A DNA stretch of 32,000 bases from a cyanobacterium endosymbiont of Epithemia turgida isolate EtSB Lake Yunoko (GCF_000829235.1 NZ_AP012549.1:720001-752000); one strand, 5' to 3'; counted from the first letter of the stretch, positions 10,200 to 21,451 are shown. Notes: generated by a model not told the origin, from the letters alone. A program made the numbers and translations.

Positions 10200-11582
10200 T
10201 AGGTAATTAATGAAGGGAAATTATACTTCTCGACTTCAGTCTCTTTACAAACCTGTCAAGCTAAATCTATCAAGGTATTAATAATAGCTATGATTGCCAC
10301 CGCACTTCTCAGAATATTGTTTAGTGAAAGTTAAAATTACCTATGCCGTTTATGTTTTCTTTTTTTAAGGATGGGCAATGGTTAAGGTGTTGCAATAAAC
10401 TGGATTGACAAACGTTGATTACAGATCAGGCGCGACGTCGACTTACACTATGAGTAAATTATCTATACAACTGCCCTAGCTGCTTTTAATGATATGTCTT
10501 TTTATCAGAACAAATTAACCTAAAGTAGTCACAATTAGCCGTTTGACGGATCAATCGACGAATAATTTTATACTCAACTTAAAAAAAATGACAGTCTTTA
10601 GACCAAAAACCTGACGATTAAATATCGTTTCATACCGAGCTTAATATATCTAAATTTTTAGCTTTAAAAGAGGTTTTGATTGACTGAGTACTAAAGACAG
10701 GTATAACTCTGATATTCTTAGGAAAAATTTAATCATATTACGAAATAAAAGTAATCAAATTGCCAAAGAAAAACTTTATCTTTCTTGCGTAAAATTCTAG
10801 TAAATCCGCACCAAAAACACCAACGATAAAAATTACTATGGTTAAGATAAATTTTTAAAATAGTTGTCTAAAAATCACTGCACGACCTTCTTTGACAAGA
10901 TAATCTTATCTAAGATATTAACAATAACCGTGTTTTACCACTAATTCGAATATGGTGAAGGGTTTCAAAGCGCGCGTCTAGCTTTTTCCGGAAAATTCGG
11001 GATAACAAATAATAAATAGTATTACCGATACTAAATGCTAAAAGTTGCCGTCAGGGGAATCGATCACTCGATGAAGTACTCCGATTATTAGGTCTCCATA
11101 AATTGATAACAGTCCGGTCCGGAAAAAGATTATATTTGGTTAAAGTTCTGCTTAAATCCAGTATTTTCTCATAATTGGTGAGGTTTTAAAAATTAGAAAT
11201 GATTTTAAAAACCAAGAGAAAAAATCTACTAAGTTGACTACGGGAGTAATAACATCGAGTAGAAGTTCTAGATGATTGAGTGCCTAAGCTAGATAGGAAA
11301 AAACTTAGCTTCCTACACTGAAGATACAAGTTATTAGTCCCACCAGGAAATACTTAAGATAGTGTTATTGTATCGTGATTTTGCCTAGAAAATTATCAAC
11401 ACACATCATAATTTTATTTTTTAGTATTTTTTAAAAAAATTACTCCCCTTATTTATTCTGAATATATTGGTTTATTTTTGAACAATTTTAAGTTAGTTTA
11501 ATACATATATAAGCAATTTTTTATATGCAATATTTCACATAATTTATCACTATGTAATTCCTATATTTTTAGTTTTTATCTC

Positions 11583-11978
11583 TCATGCTTTCGGGGACCA
11601 ATCTTTTTGTGTTGGATAACTTTGCCACCTCTGCCAAGCCGCTTTGAAGCCAATAGCAACTCGACGGGTTCCCTGTTGAACAAGACTTACTTGTCTTTTG
11701 GTCTTACTTAAAGTAAGGTCGACTCTTTTTACTACATCTGAAGCACTTTTAACTCCATGATTTAGCTCATCTGTTAATTCAGTAATTTCTAATCCTGTCA
11801 GACGAATAGATTCCAGCGTAGGGGGAAGTTCTCGATTGAGAGTATCACAAAGCTTTTCTACACTACGAGCCGCTCTTATTAACTCTGTACAAGTCGGTAT
11901 AACCATCATTAAGACTGTCATCAAACTGACAGTCACCAAAAGTGAAGAAAGTCCAAGCCATAAAAGAGGATCGCTCAC
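11583..11978 (-). CDS. DUF948-like small membrane protein (GTG start)
   Basis: It has an N-terminal TM segment 'LLWLGLSSLLVTVSLMTVLMMVI' followed by a coiled region 'ELIRAARSVEKLCDTLNRELPPTLESIRLTG', typical of DUF948. Its start overlaps the upstream stop as GTGA. Confidence 0.65.
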   Translation of the reverse strand: MSDPLLWLGLSSLLVTVSLMTVLMMVIPTCTELIRAARSVEKLCDTLNRELPPTLESIRLTGLEITELTDELNHGVKSASDVVKRVDLTLSKTKRQVSLVQQGTRRVAIGFKAAWQRWQSYPTQKDWSPKA

Positions 11979-12355
11979 GCTTGTTTACCTGAAAAGGGTT
12001 TAGCAGAGGAAGATGCAAAATCCATAGTCATCTGTGACGAAGAGGTTTCAGAGTTCTCAAAATTTCCTTGACTGGCTTCGAGTCCAGCCGCTATGGTGTC
12101 TTTGAGTCGTGTCAGAGTGTTATTCCAGCTCTGAAGTGCTGATTCTGATAGACGATAAGCTTGTAACTGCACTGTAGTTGATAGATCTTCAGCTATCTCT
12201 GGCAAAGCATCTGCTGATTTTTTGAGAATACGTCTTGTTTCCTTTCCCGAGTGTGGAGCTATCAAAATGCCGGTTACTGTCCCCAGCACTCCACCGATGA
12301 CCATTCCGGCAGCCAAAATACTACTCTTGTTATTGTTAGACATTAATATTTGCAA
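11975..12355 (-). CDS. YtxH-domain protein
   Basis: The glycine-zipper TM and YtxH signature are 'AAGMVIGGVLGTVTGILIAPHSGKETRRILKKSADAL'. The true start may be the second ATG (MSNNNK, 12343). Confidence 0.7.
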   Translation of the reverse strand: MQILMSNNNKSSILAAGMVIGGVLGTVTGILIAPHSGKETRRILKKSADALPEIAEDLSTTVQLQAYRLSESALQSWNNTLTRLKDTIAAGLEASQGNFENSETSSSQMTMDFASSSAKPFSGKQA

Positions 12356-12459
12356 AATTTTAGTAATTGTAATTTTATTCTAAAGTCAAACCTTAGGCTT
12401 TGATAAGCAATGTCATAATATTCCTAAGTAATGGTTAGCATCTGGAGATTAGATCTTAA

Positions 12460-14010
12460 ATGGCCCGTTTAGCACTACTGAGCGTATCGGACAAAACCGG
12501 AATTATCGATCTAGCTCAACAATTGGTTGATAAATTTGACTTTGAGTTAATCAGTAGTGGAGGAACAGCAGATCTTCTACAAGAGGCACGACTTCCAGTC
12601 ACTAAAGTGAGTGACTATACCGGATCACCAGAAATCTTAGGAGGACGAGTTAAAACCTTGCATCCTCGCATTCATGGGGGTATTTTGGGGCGACGGGATT
12701 TGTCACAAGACGACCAAGAGATGGCGTCCAATCAAATCCGTCCGATTGATCTAGTGGTAGTCAATCTCTACCCTTTTGAACAAACCATTGTTCAGCCTCA
12801 TTTTACAATATCTGAAGCTATTGAGAAAATCGATATTGGTGGACCAACCTTGTTGAGGGCAGCATCCAAAAATTTTGCTCATGTTACAGTCTTATCTAAT
12901 CCTCAATATTATGATAGTTATCTACAGGAGTTAGATATAAACAATGGGGAAGTTTCCCTAGCGTTCCGTAAAAAAATGGCGAGGGAAGCCTTTGCTTTAA
13001 CTCATAGTTATGATGGAGCGATCACTAATTATTTTATGACTCTTACTTTAGAAACAGAGTCTTCTTTACCAAGTCATTTAACTCTCTCAGGTACTCAATT
13101 TCAATCTCTTCGTTATGGAGAAAATCCTCATCAAAATGCAGTTTGGTATCAAACTGGAACTCAACCATCAGGGTGGGCTGCCGCGACTAAATTACAGGGG
13201 AAAGAACTCAGTTATAATAACTTAGTAGATTTAGAAGCGGCGCGGCGTATTATTGCTGAATTTAACTCCGAAGAACCAGCTGTTGCTATTCTTAAACATA
13301 CTAATCCCTGTGGTATGGCGATAGGAAAGACTTTGGCTAATGCTTATGAGAATGCATTTAATGCAGATTTAATTTCGGCTTTTGGGGGTATTGTAGCGGT
13401 CAATCAACCCTTAGATAAGGAGACAGCAAGCCAATTAACAAAAACCTTTTTAGAATGTGTGGTCGCCCCGGGATGCGATGAAGAAGCTAAAAGGGTTTTA
13501 GCTGCTAAATCTAAAATTCGTGTTTTATTATTACCAAACTTAATGAGTGGGCCAAAACAGACAGTTAAAGTGATTGCTGGAGGATTATTAGTGCAAGCAT
13601 CCGACGATCAGATAGATACTTCTGAGAGTTGGGAAATTGCTACAGAAAAGCAACCGACTTCCGAACAATTAGCGGAATTATTGTTTGCTTGGAAAGTTAC
13701 GAAATACGTAAAATCAAATGCTATTGTAGTGACGAAAAATCGTACAACTCTGGGAATTGGTGCTGGACAAATGAATCGGATTGGTGCCGTCAGAATTGCC
13801 CTGGAAAAAGCTGAAAATAAAGCTAAAGGGGGATTCCTTGCTAGTGATGGATTTTTTCCCTTTGATGATTCAGTGCGTACGGCAGCAGCAAAGGGAATTG
13901 TGGCTATTGTACAACCTGGAGGGTCACTACGGGATAAAGATTCTATTGCGGCGGCTAATGAATTAGGGTTAGTGATGGTCTTAACCAGAAGACGGCATTT
14001 TCTACATTAA
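12460..14010 (+). CDS. purH: Bifunctional AICAR formyltransferase / IMP cyclohydrolase
   Basis: 516 aa. The N-terminus is MGS-like, 'ALLSVSDKTGIIDLAQ...SSGGTA'. It also has 'VKTLHPRIHGGIL', 'LRYGENPHQ' and 'KHTNPCG', with C-terminal 'RHFLH'. Confidence 0.97.
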   Translation: MARLALLSVSDKTGIIDLAQQLVDKFDFELISSGGTADLLQEARLPVTKVSDYTGSPEILGGRVKTLHPRIHGGILGRRDLSQDDQEMASNQIRPIDLVVVNLYPFEQTIVQPHFTISEAIEKIDIGGPTLLRAASKNFAHVTVLSNPQYYDSYLQELDINNGEVSLAFRKKMAREAFALTHSYDGAITNYFMTLTLETESSLPSHLTLSGTQFQSLRYGENPHQNAVWYQTGTQPSGWAAATKLQGKELSYNNLVDLEAARRIIAEFNSEEPAVAILKHTNPCGMAIGKTLANAYENAFNADLISAFGGIVAVNQPLDKETASQLTKTFLECVVAPGCDEEAKRVLAAKSKIRVLLLPNLMSGPKQTVKVIAGGLLVQASDDQIDTSESWEIATEKQPTSEQLAELLFAWKVTKYVKSNAIVVTKNRTTLGIGAGQMNRIGAVRIALEKAENKAKGGFLASDGFFPFDDSVRTAAAKGIVAIVQPGGSLRDKDSIAAANELGLVMVLTRRRHFLH

Positions 14011-14146
14011 TTTTTGCAAAAAATATTTTAGATTGATAAATGAGGTGAGGAGAGATCTTTTCTAGGAATATCAATGGAGAAATGGAAAAAGATTGAGCTG
14101 TCAGTCACTGAGTGATTTCGCCCGACTAAACAAAAATGGAATGGGA

Positions 14147-16402
14147 CTACCGAGAAACTAATCCTTTCTTCATATAATTTCTCCACAAGGCCGCTGCTTG
14201 ACTACTACTGCCTCTGGTTGGGGAGTTATCGTCATTACCCAACCATACCCCTGTTACTAAATTCTGACTGGGAACATAGCCCACAAACCAAAGATCCACG
14301 GCTTTATTGGTAGTTCCTGTTTTCCCTGCTTCTCCCAGTCCGATGCTAGCTACTTTCCCAGTTCCCCGTTGTACGACCCCCCGTAATAAATCAGTCATGG
14401 TTTGGGCTAATTGGTAGGAAATAACCCTTCTTCTATTAGTTTGATCTTGATTAAGATTGTAAATGACTCGACATGTCTGCCAATTATTTATATCTAAACA
14501 ATCTCCCCCGTCAAGGATACGCTGAATTGCATGAGGACGGTTCCAAATTCCTTGATTAGCAAAAATAGCATAAGCCCCAGCCATTTCCAAAACAGTGACT
14601 TCACTTTGTCCTAAAATTAATCCTGGTGATCGTGTTAATGCTGATACTACTCCCAACCGTTGCGCCATTTCAATCACTCGATTTAACCCTATATCTTGGG
14701 CAACTCTGAGGGCGATTGCATTTTCTGACTGTGCTATTCCTCGATACATATCTACATTTCCATCACTACGTTCACAGGGTTTGTATCGTTGTCCCATCCA
14801 GCGTAGTCCGTCACAGGAATAAACTTTTCGAGGAGAAATTCCTTGTTCAATAGCCGCCGCATAACTGAATACCTTAAAAATCGATCCAGGTTGACGTTTA
14901 GCTTGAGTGACGCGGTTAAATTGACTTTGTTTATAGTCTACCCCTCCCACTAAAGCTAAAATTTCTCCAGTACGGGTATCTAAGGTGACAATTGCCCCTT
15001 GGGAGAACTTATATGTTGATCCGGCATTTTTAACGTGATTTCGTAGCTCTTTTTCAGCTTTAGACTGTAAGTGAAGATCTAATCCTGTTTCTACAATAAA
15101 ATTACCTTCTTTCGCTAATTCGTTCCCTAAGAGAGTTCTTAGTTCTTTAAAAACGTGACTATAAAGATATGGAGCAATCACATTTGACAAAGTTTTTCTA
15201 GCTTTAGGACTAATTTCTATGCGTGATCTTCGCTCACGATCAGCTTGTTCGGGTTTAATCATCTCTAAATCTGCCATACGAGTGATGACACGGTTTCGGA
15301 GTTGAACAGAAGTATCATAGTCCTGAACAGGGTTATAGAGATTTGGGGCGGGTAACATTGCCACCAGAGTGGCCGCTTCGGAGATTGTTAAATCTCTGGC
15401 TGATTTTTCAAAATAGAATTGGGCTGCGTCTTCAAACCCGTAAAGGCTACCCCCTAGATACACTTGATTTAGATAAGTTTTTAAAATTTGATTTTTGCTA
15501 TAAACAGCTTCTAATTTTAAAGCAACAACCATTTCTCGTAATTTACGACCGGCTGTATCTTCCCATCCCACTTCAGTAAAGAGACTGCGGGCTAATTGTT
15601 GGGTCAAGGTACTCGCTCCTTGACGAATGCCTTGATCTTTTGAATTGATGACTAACGCCCTAACAATTCCGTAGGGATCGACTCCAAAATGCCAGTAGAA
15701 GCGAGTATCTTCTGAGGCAATAAGGGCTTTAGATAAATAAGGAGAAAAGTCTTGTAAACGGTTAATTTCTCGGTGAGTACTTTGGGTAATGGGGTTTAGG
15801 GGGATTTTGTTATTGCTTGCATAAACAACTACTGGACCACTAACTCCTGATGGGAGGGGCGTTACATCATATTTACGGCTTTCCCAGATGATAACGACAC
15901 TGATCAGAGCAAATAGTCCAATGGTTCCATGAAGGGTATAGGAAATCAGTCTACGCCAAACAGGAGGAGGACTATGATAAGCCAGTTTAGCAGTTTTAGC
16001 TAATTCTGGGGGTCCAAGGATAATGACATCTCCATGACGTAAGGAAAGATTTTTAATACGTTGTCTGTTGTGGTAAATACCGTTGGTAGATTGTTCGTCT
16101 TCGAGGACGAAATATTGGGGATCGTTTTTGTCACGGCGGAGAGAACAGTGAACTTGACTAACAAAACTATTAGTAATGAGAATGTCACAGAATCTCGAAC
16201 TCCGTCCCAAAATATAGCGATCACCAATTAATGAGTAGACTCGAGGTTTATCTCCTTCTTTATCTTGTATGTGTAATTCAGGAACTTTTGCCCCTTTTTT
16301 GAGTGTTTCAGGACTTAGTCTTCCTTGTCCAAGTTTTTGTACTACTTGGGTAACCAGTTGACTCAAGGGATGTTTGGGAAGAGATGGCGGTTTTGAGAAC
16401 AT
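14147..16402 (-). CDS. Class A penicillin-binding protein (GT51 transglycosylase + transpeptidase) with an N-terminal FHA domain
   Basis: The FHA core is at residues ~55-130, with 'LGRS', 'SQVH' and 'TNGI'. A TM segment is at ~152-173. GT51 motifs are 'EDTRFYWHFGVD', 'GASTLTQQ' and 'RKLREMVVALKLE'. Transpeptidase motifs are 'SIFK' (SxxK), 'SEN' (SxN) and 'KTGTT'. Confidence 0.93.
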   Translation of the reverse strand: MFSKPPSLPKHPLSQLVTQVVQKLGQGRLSPETLKKGAKVPELHIQDKEGDKPRVYSLIGDRYILGRSSRFCDILITNSFVSQVHCSLRRDKNDPQYFVLEDEQSTNGIYHNRQRIKNLSLRHGDVIILGPPELAKTAKLAYHSPPPVWRRLISYTLHGTIGLFALISVVIIWESRKYDVTPLPSGVSGPVVVYASNNKIPLNPITQSTHREINRLQDFSPYLSKALIASEDTRFYWHFGVDPYGIVRALVINSKDQGIRQGASTLTQQLARSLFTEVGWEDTAGRKLREMVVALKLEAVYSKNQILKTYLNQVYLGGSLYGFEDAAQFYFEKSARDLTISEAATLVAMLPAPNLYNPVQDYDTSVQLRNRVITRMADLEMIKPEQADRERRSRIEISPKARKTLSNVIAPYLYSHVFKELRTLLGNELAKEGNFIVETGLDLHLQSKAEKELRNHVKNAGSTYKFSQGAIVTLDTRTGEILALVGGVDYKQSQFNRVTQAKRQPGSIFKVFSYAAAIEQGISPRKVYSCDGLRWMGQRYKPCERSDGNVDMYRGIAQSENAIALRVAQDIGLNRVIEMAQRLGVVSALTRSPGLILGQSEVTVLEMAGAYAIFANQGIWNRPHAIQRILDGGDCLDINNWQTCRVIYNLNQDQTNRRRVISYQLAQTMTDLLRGVVQRGTGKVASIGLGEAGKTGTTNKAVDLWFVGYVPSQNLVTGVWLGNDDNSPTRGSSSQAAALWRNYMKKGLVSR

Positions 16403-18899
16403 AGCTTACTATGTTTGGGAATCGATTAGCTAAATTTCTTAAAATTTTCTGTGATATCGTTAAGAACGTGTCACTAATTTCTTTAACACTACAACCTATT
16501 ATTGTAACCGCTAAGTGGATAGATATCACTAAAGTTAAATCTGTTTCACTAAGTACTCCATTTTTTACACTTTCTAAATCTCCCCTTGTCAAGAGAAACT
16601 TTTTGTATCTTTTCTTCCTTGCAAAGAGAAAGTTTGCCACATTTTTTTATTATTATACATATTATTTAAAAATATATATGCTATTTTTAATATCTAAGTA
16701 AAAATACGAAAAAGTTGACTTTTATATAGAATAATCACTATCAGTAATTTATTCTGAGACAATGGACCTGATAAGATCATCCTAAACTTTTAGAGTTTTA
16801 AAAATTGTAAATAAAATATTATCAATATTTTATTTACTTAATATATTTAGAGGTTTAGAGTAGAAAGAATGATAATAGACAATTGTTTTTGGTATTTGCT
16901 CAAAAATAAAGAGATTAATTCACCAAGAAGACACGCTGATCTCTTATTGATAAGCAGTTTAGGCAGCTTTTGAGTACTTTCTCGAATGAGATTATCAGTG
17001 ACATCATAGCTAAATAGTGCGTTAATCAAGATTAATACTATAATTCTTTGGATAGAACTGCATCGATTGTTTTGAGGTTTATCATTTTTGACAGAACATA
17101 CGTTGGTATTTTCCGTAAGGTGATGCAATCCAATATATGTCTAAATTTATGGTACTGAGGATATTTTTGAGATATACAAAAGCTATTTATATTCGTTGTT
17201 TTACTACAAAAATTTTATGAGATTTAAGTCTTTGAATAATTTAAAATTGTAATGCAATGTTATTGACTTTAATCTTTTTGAGAAATTTATCAATAAAAAT
17301 TGATACATACTTTTTTGAATGAATTTTAAATCAATAGTATTTATACTAATTTACATAGCTATAAAGCCTGTAAATTATGCAAATAAGTAAATAAATGATA
17401 ATAGTAATAGAGATTCTATCTCTACTACTATCTTAACTTTTTAAGTCGCTCGAATCATTCTGGCTAATCCTTTCGGATAAACTCCCCATGAAGAGAATTT
17501 TTTTCTTAGAATTGCTAGTAACTAGCTTATTCATTGGTTTAATTTTATTATTTGCTTCTCCAGTCAAGTCCCAAATTATAGAATTGGGTAATGATATTCC
17601 TATAAATTTTTCTCATGAACGCCGTCGCCGTAGCAGAACTAAAGTAAGAATGTATCCCGAAAATGGTTGACTCAATGTAGGAATAGAAGAGGAAAGAAGA
17701 CCTCAAACGAGAATCAGGGTATTCGATAAAAATAATTTTTCTTTTATTGGTGTTCGTGAGGAGAGGCTCGTTTCTCAGGAAAGAGTTAGATTTTCTCTTC
17801 CTTTCTAACAAATCAGTATGGGAAATCTCTGAATTTTAGTAGCAAAATATGCAGTTAGGATTTTCCTGTATTTGTCGTTAACCAGTCTTATTTATTTAAG
17901 AGACCAAGCAAGTTGCACAAAATATACATTTAGTAAGCTCTAAAAAGTCGCAGACCACTTATTTTGAACTAAGAAAATGTGGTGAGCGGGCTCCGAACTA
18001 ATGAAATCCATTGAGATCATTGGAATACAAAACAAGTTCTGTTTTGTCGGGGTTTTAGCCATTGCAAAGATGAAGACTCCCATATGAATGTCTAAATGCG
18101 TAGACATGTCGTCGGTAAACAGTTGCTTCGTTAAACCTAAACCTAGTTAAAAATTTTCTGAACTTTGTTTAACTGAATCACTGTTTACTTAGTTTAGTTA
18201 CATTTCTTCAATAATTTTGGTGGGGGATAATAACCTTCAGTCTCTATAATTGTAATAAAAGGTTTCTTGAAGATAGTCTCCCCCAAAAAGGGTATAAACT
18301 TCTCCAAATAGAGAAAAATAATTTCACCTAGCAAAAGTTGGTAACGTTTTTTTCACACATCTTTTTTGTAATTGCCTTAATTTTACCACTTACTTGATTG
18401 AGGCAAAAAGGGAGATAATTTGCCTTCTAAACTACTAGTGTAGGATTTACAATGATAAAATATATGCATTTTCATCATTGTAAATGAATTTCGACATTAA
18501 AATTTATAATTTTGGAAAGCTTCCATTAATTGATCATCAGAAGGGTCTGCTACTAAATCATCAATTTGCTCTCCTAAAGAGTAAATAATAAAACTTACCA
18601 ACTGATCTTAATTAATTAAGACATAAATTTCTTATAACCAAGAATCTGAATTAATTTATATTGCTTTTTGAGCTTTTTGACGAGATTGATGCATAGTATC
18701 GAACTGTAGCCTAGTTATGGGTGGCAAACTACCTTATTTAAAACAAGAAGTCTAACTCATTAGATATGATTAAACGTGTATTTTCATAAAAAATTAAAAG
18801 TAAAGGACTAAGATTTAATTTATTAGACAAGCTCTCAATAAACCTGCTACGAACTTACCATTACTTTTGTTGGCAGACTTATCCTAAAATAACCAATGA

Positions 18900-19865
18900 T
18901 CAATATTCATCATTGTTCGGTTGAAGTGTTTCTAGACTCTCAAAGAGGGGAGTACTTAAGTAACGTTCCCCAAAACTCGCTTGAATCATAACAAGTAGTT
19001 TGCCTGTATTTTCGGGACGTCGAGCAACTCGAATAGCAGCAGCTAAAGCCGCCCCTGTAGAAATTCCTGACAATAGCCCTTCTTCTCTAGCTAAGCGACG
19101 ACTATAAATAATAGCTTCATCATCAGTCACAGTTACTACCTCGTTAATTAGCTCTACCTTGAGAACTTCAGGAATAAAACCTGCCCCTATTCCTTGAATT
19201 TTGTGACTGCCAGGGCTTCCTCCTGATAAGACAGAACTATTAGCTGGTTCAACAGCGATCGCCTGAAAAGTTGGTTTACGTTGTTTAAGTACTTCAGCTA
19301 CTCCAGTGATGGTTCCCCCAGTACCTACTCCTGCAACAAGGATATCTACCCGGCCATTTGTATCTTCCCAAATTTCTTGAGCAGTGGTTTGGCGATGAAT
19401 TGCAGGATTAGCAGGGTTGTTAAATTGTTGCAGCATGTAGGCATTTGGCAACGTTTTCACTAGCTCATCAGCACGTCGAATACAGCCACTCATACCTTCA
19501 GTTCCGGGGGTTAACTCTAATTGCGCGCCATAGGCTTTTAACATTGCCCGTCGCTCTTGACTCATCGTTTCTGGCATGGTCAAAATTAGTTTATATCCTT
19601 TAGCAGCTGCGGCCATAGCTAATGCAATTCCCGTATTACCAGAAGTAGGTTCAACTAAGAGAGTTTTCCCAGCAACAATTAATCCTTCACGTTCTGCGGC
19701 ATTAATCATATTTATCCCAATACGGTCTTTTACTGAAGCCGATGGGTTCATTCCCTCTAACTTTACGACAATCTGAGCCATACATCTCTCTGCTTGAGGA
19801 ATTTGGTTCAATTGTACTAGTGGGGTCCGACCAATTAATTCTGTAATATTGTGGGCAATTCTCAT
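18900..19865 (-). CDS. cysK: Cysteine synthase A (O-acetylserine sulfhydrylase)
   Basis: 321 aa. The PLP-lysine block is '[11 protein letters not shown]'. It also has '[12 protein letters not shown]' and the glycine loop '[10 protein letters not shown]'. Confidence 0.93.
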   Translation of the reverse strand: MRIAHNITELIGRTPLVQLNQIPQAERCMAQIVVKLEGMNPSASVKDRIGINMINAAEREGLIVAGKTLLVEPTSGNTGIALAMAAAAKGYKLILTMPETMSQERRAMLKAYGAQLELTPGTEGMSGCIRRADELVKTLPNAYMLQQFNNPANPAIHRQTTAQEIWEDTNGRVDILVAGVGTGGTITGVAEVLKQRKPTFQAIAVEPANSSVLSGGSPGSHKIQGIGAGFIPEVLKVELINEVVTVTDDEAIIYSRRLAREEGLLSGISTGAALAAAIRVARRPENTGKLLVMIQASFGERYLSTPLFESLETLQPNNDEY

Positions 19866-19972
19866 CTTTTTTAAATTAATGTTTACTTACTTTAATAATC
19901 CTTCGGTTGTAATATTTCTATTGTCTTTTTGAGAGCATTCTTTAAATTTTCTTTACACTAAAGCTTACTCCT

Positions 19973-20674
19973 CTATTGAGGTTGTGGTAATTTTTCTTCA
20001 ATTAACCCTTCAAACAATCCTCGCCCGTCTGTAGATCCCAAAAAGGGGTCTGAGGCACGTTCCGGATGGGGCATCATGCCTAAAATATTTCCTTTCCGAT
20101 TGCCAATTCCGGCAATATTATTAAGAGAACCATTAGGGTTTTGGTCCTCATTAATTTCTCCTTGAGCTGTGCAATAACGAAACAAAATTTGTTCGTTGTC
20201 TTCTAAACTTTTAAGGGTATCTTGCCCTGCATAATAACGGCCTTCTCTATGAGCGATAGGTAGAGTAATGATCTGTTTTGATGTATATACTTGTGTCCAG
20301 GGTAGACGGTTATTTTCAACTCTTACAGGGATTTGGTCGCAGATAAAATGTAAGTTTCGATTACGAATTAATATTCCGGGTAATAACCCAATTTCCGTCA
20401 GAATCTGGAATCCATTACAAATTCCTAATACCCATTTTCCTTGGTTAGCGTGAATTATGATTTGTTGCATCACCGACGAAAACCGAGCTATCGCCCCACA
20501 GCGTAGATAGTCCCCATAACTAAATCCTCCTGGTATAACCACCACATCCAAATCAGAAATATCTGTTTCTCGATGCCATACCATACGAGTTGGCTGGTTT
20601 AATAATCCTCGAGTAACTGTTGCTACATCACGATCACAATTAGATCCTGGAAAAACTACAATACCAAATTTCAT
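19973..20674 (-). CDS. purQ: Phosphoribosylformylglycinamidine synthase, glutaminase subunit
   Basis: 233 aa. It starts '[14 protein letters not shown]', has the nucleophile block 'LGICNGFQ', and has 'MMPHPER' near the C-terminus. It lies directly downstream of purS. Confidence 0.95.
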   Translation of the reverse strand: MKFGIVVFPGSNCDRDVATVTRGLLNQPTRMVWHRETDISDLDVVVIPGGFSYGDYLRCGAIARFSSVMQQIIIHANQGKWVLGICNGFQILTEIGLLPGILIRNRNLHFICDQIPVRVENNRLPWTQVYTSKQIITLPIAHREGRYYAGQDTLKSLEDNEQILFRYCTAQGEINEDQNPNGSLNNIAGIGNRKGNILGMMPHPERASDPFLGSTDGRGLFEGLIEEKLPQPQ

Positions 20675-20680
20675 GGATGC

Positions 20681-20962
20681 TTACCTCATTGAGGATTGAA
20701 TCACGTTAACAGCTGTTACCTCAAAACAATAATTTTCAATGACTGGGTTAGCTAATAATTGATCACACATTTGTTCAAGTTGTTCTTTTGCATGGATTTC
20801 GCAATTTGCTGTTAAAGTAAGTTCAATGTATTTCCCAATTCTTACTTTTTCAACCCCTTGATAGCCTAACTGTTTTAATCCGGATTCAACTGCAGTCCCA
20901 GCTGGATCTAACACTGATGGTCTAAGGGTAACGTAAATAAGACACTGATATTGTTGAGACAT
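20681..20962 (-). CDS. purS: Phosphoribosylformylglycinamidine synthase subunit PurS
   Basis: 93 aa. 'VTLRPSVLDPAGTAVESGLKQLGY' is a typical PurS block. The gene ends 6 nt upstream of purQ. Confidence 0.9.
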   Translation of the reverse strand: MSQQYQCLIYVTLRPSVLDPAGTAVESGLKQLGYQGVEKVRIGKYIELTLTANCEIHAKEQLEQMCDQLLANPVIENYCFEVTAVNVIQSSMR

Positions 20963-21451
20963 AGAATGTTAGTTATTGCTAAGATAATCATAAAAGTTAA
21001 ATACATTTGTTCTTAAGCGTAAATCCTCCACTTACTCAAATCTTTAAAATTGTGCTATTTCAACTCTAGCCTATGATTCATATTTAACACTCAACAGTCG
21101 AGATTAACCCTGGGGACCGTCCACACAATTTATTCTGCTTTAAAGACTGACTTTAGAATTTAAAGAAACGATGTAAGCGCAACCCTCAGTCGATAAAGAG
21201 TCCTTCTATAGTTTAATCCTCCATGGCATGCTCAATACTGTCTTACCTGTGTCAAGTTCAGTATATCTGTTTCCATTAACTAAGTGTCTTACTACATGAC
21301 CGAAAGGAATAATTAAAACATTCCCATTATTTTTGAGCCATCATACCTTAGAATTTTTTGGATAGTTTTACCAATATCAACTGATTGAGCCAAGAAACTA
21401 TTTGTTTTCACCGACTTAGTTTTTAGTCAATCAATTTAACTTTTGACTAGT

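Noticed and set aside
12356-12459. A ZTP (pfl) riboswitch upstream of purH, or a purine-type leader upstream of purS (20963-21450).
   Set aside because: The conserved CCGCCUGGGC-type 3' element and GGGUCGUGA-type 5' element are absent. The purH leader is only about 100 nt and AT-rich.
16308-16701. ORFs 16308-16640 (-) and 16411-16701 (+) upstream of the PBP gene.
   Set aside because: The minus ORF runs out of frame into the PBP N-terminus, and the two ORFs overlap each other. The region is AT-rich with no motifs or RBS. At most they are decayed remnants.
16847-17811. ORFs 16847-17128 (-) and 17548-17811 (-) in the PBP-cysK spacer.
   Set aside because: There are no recognisable domains. The N/K/I-rich composition is what AT-rich non-coding DNA produces. 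17548-17811 overlaps the opposite-strand signal-peptide ORF.
19255-19262. The HIP1 octamer GCGATCGC as a repeat family.
   Set aside because: I noticed only one copy in 32 kb, and it lies inside cysK. That is not informative on its own.
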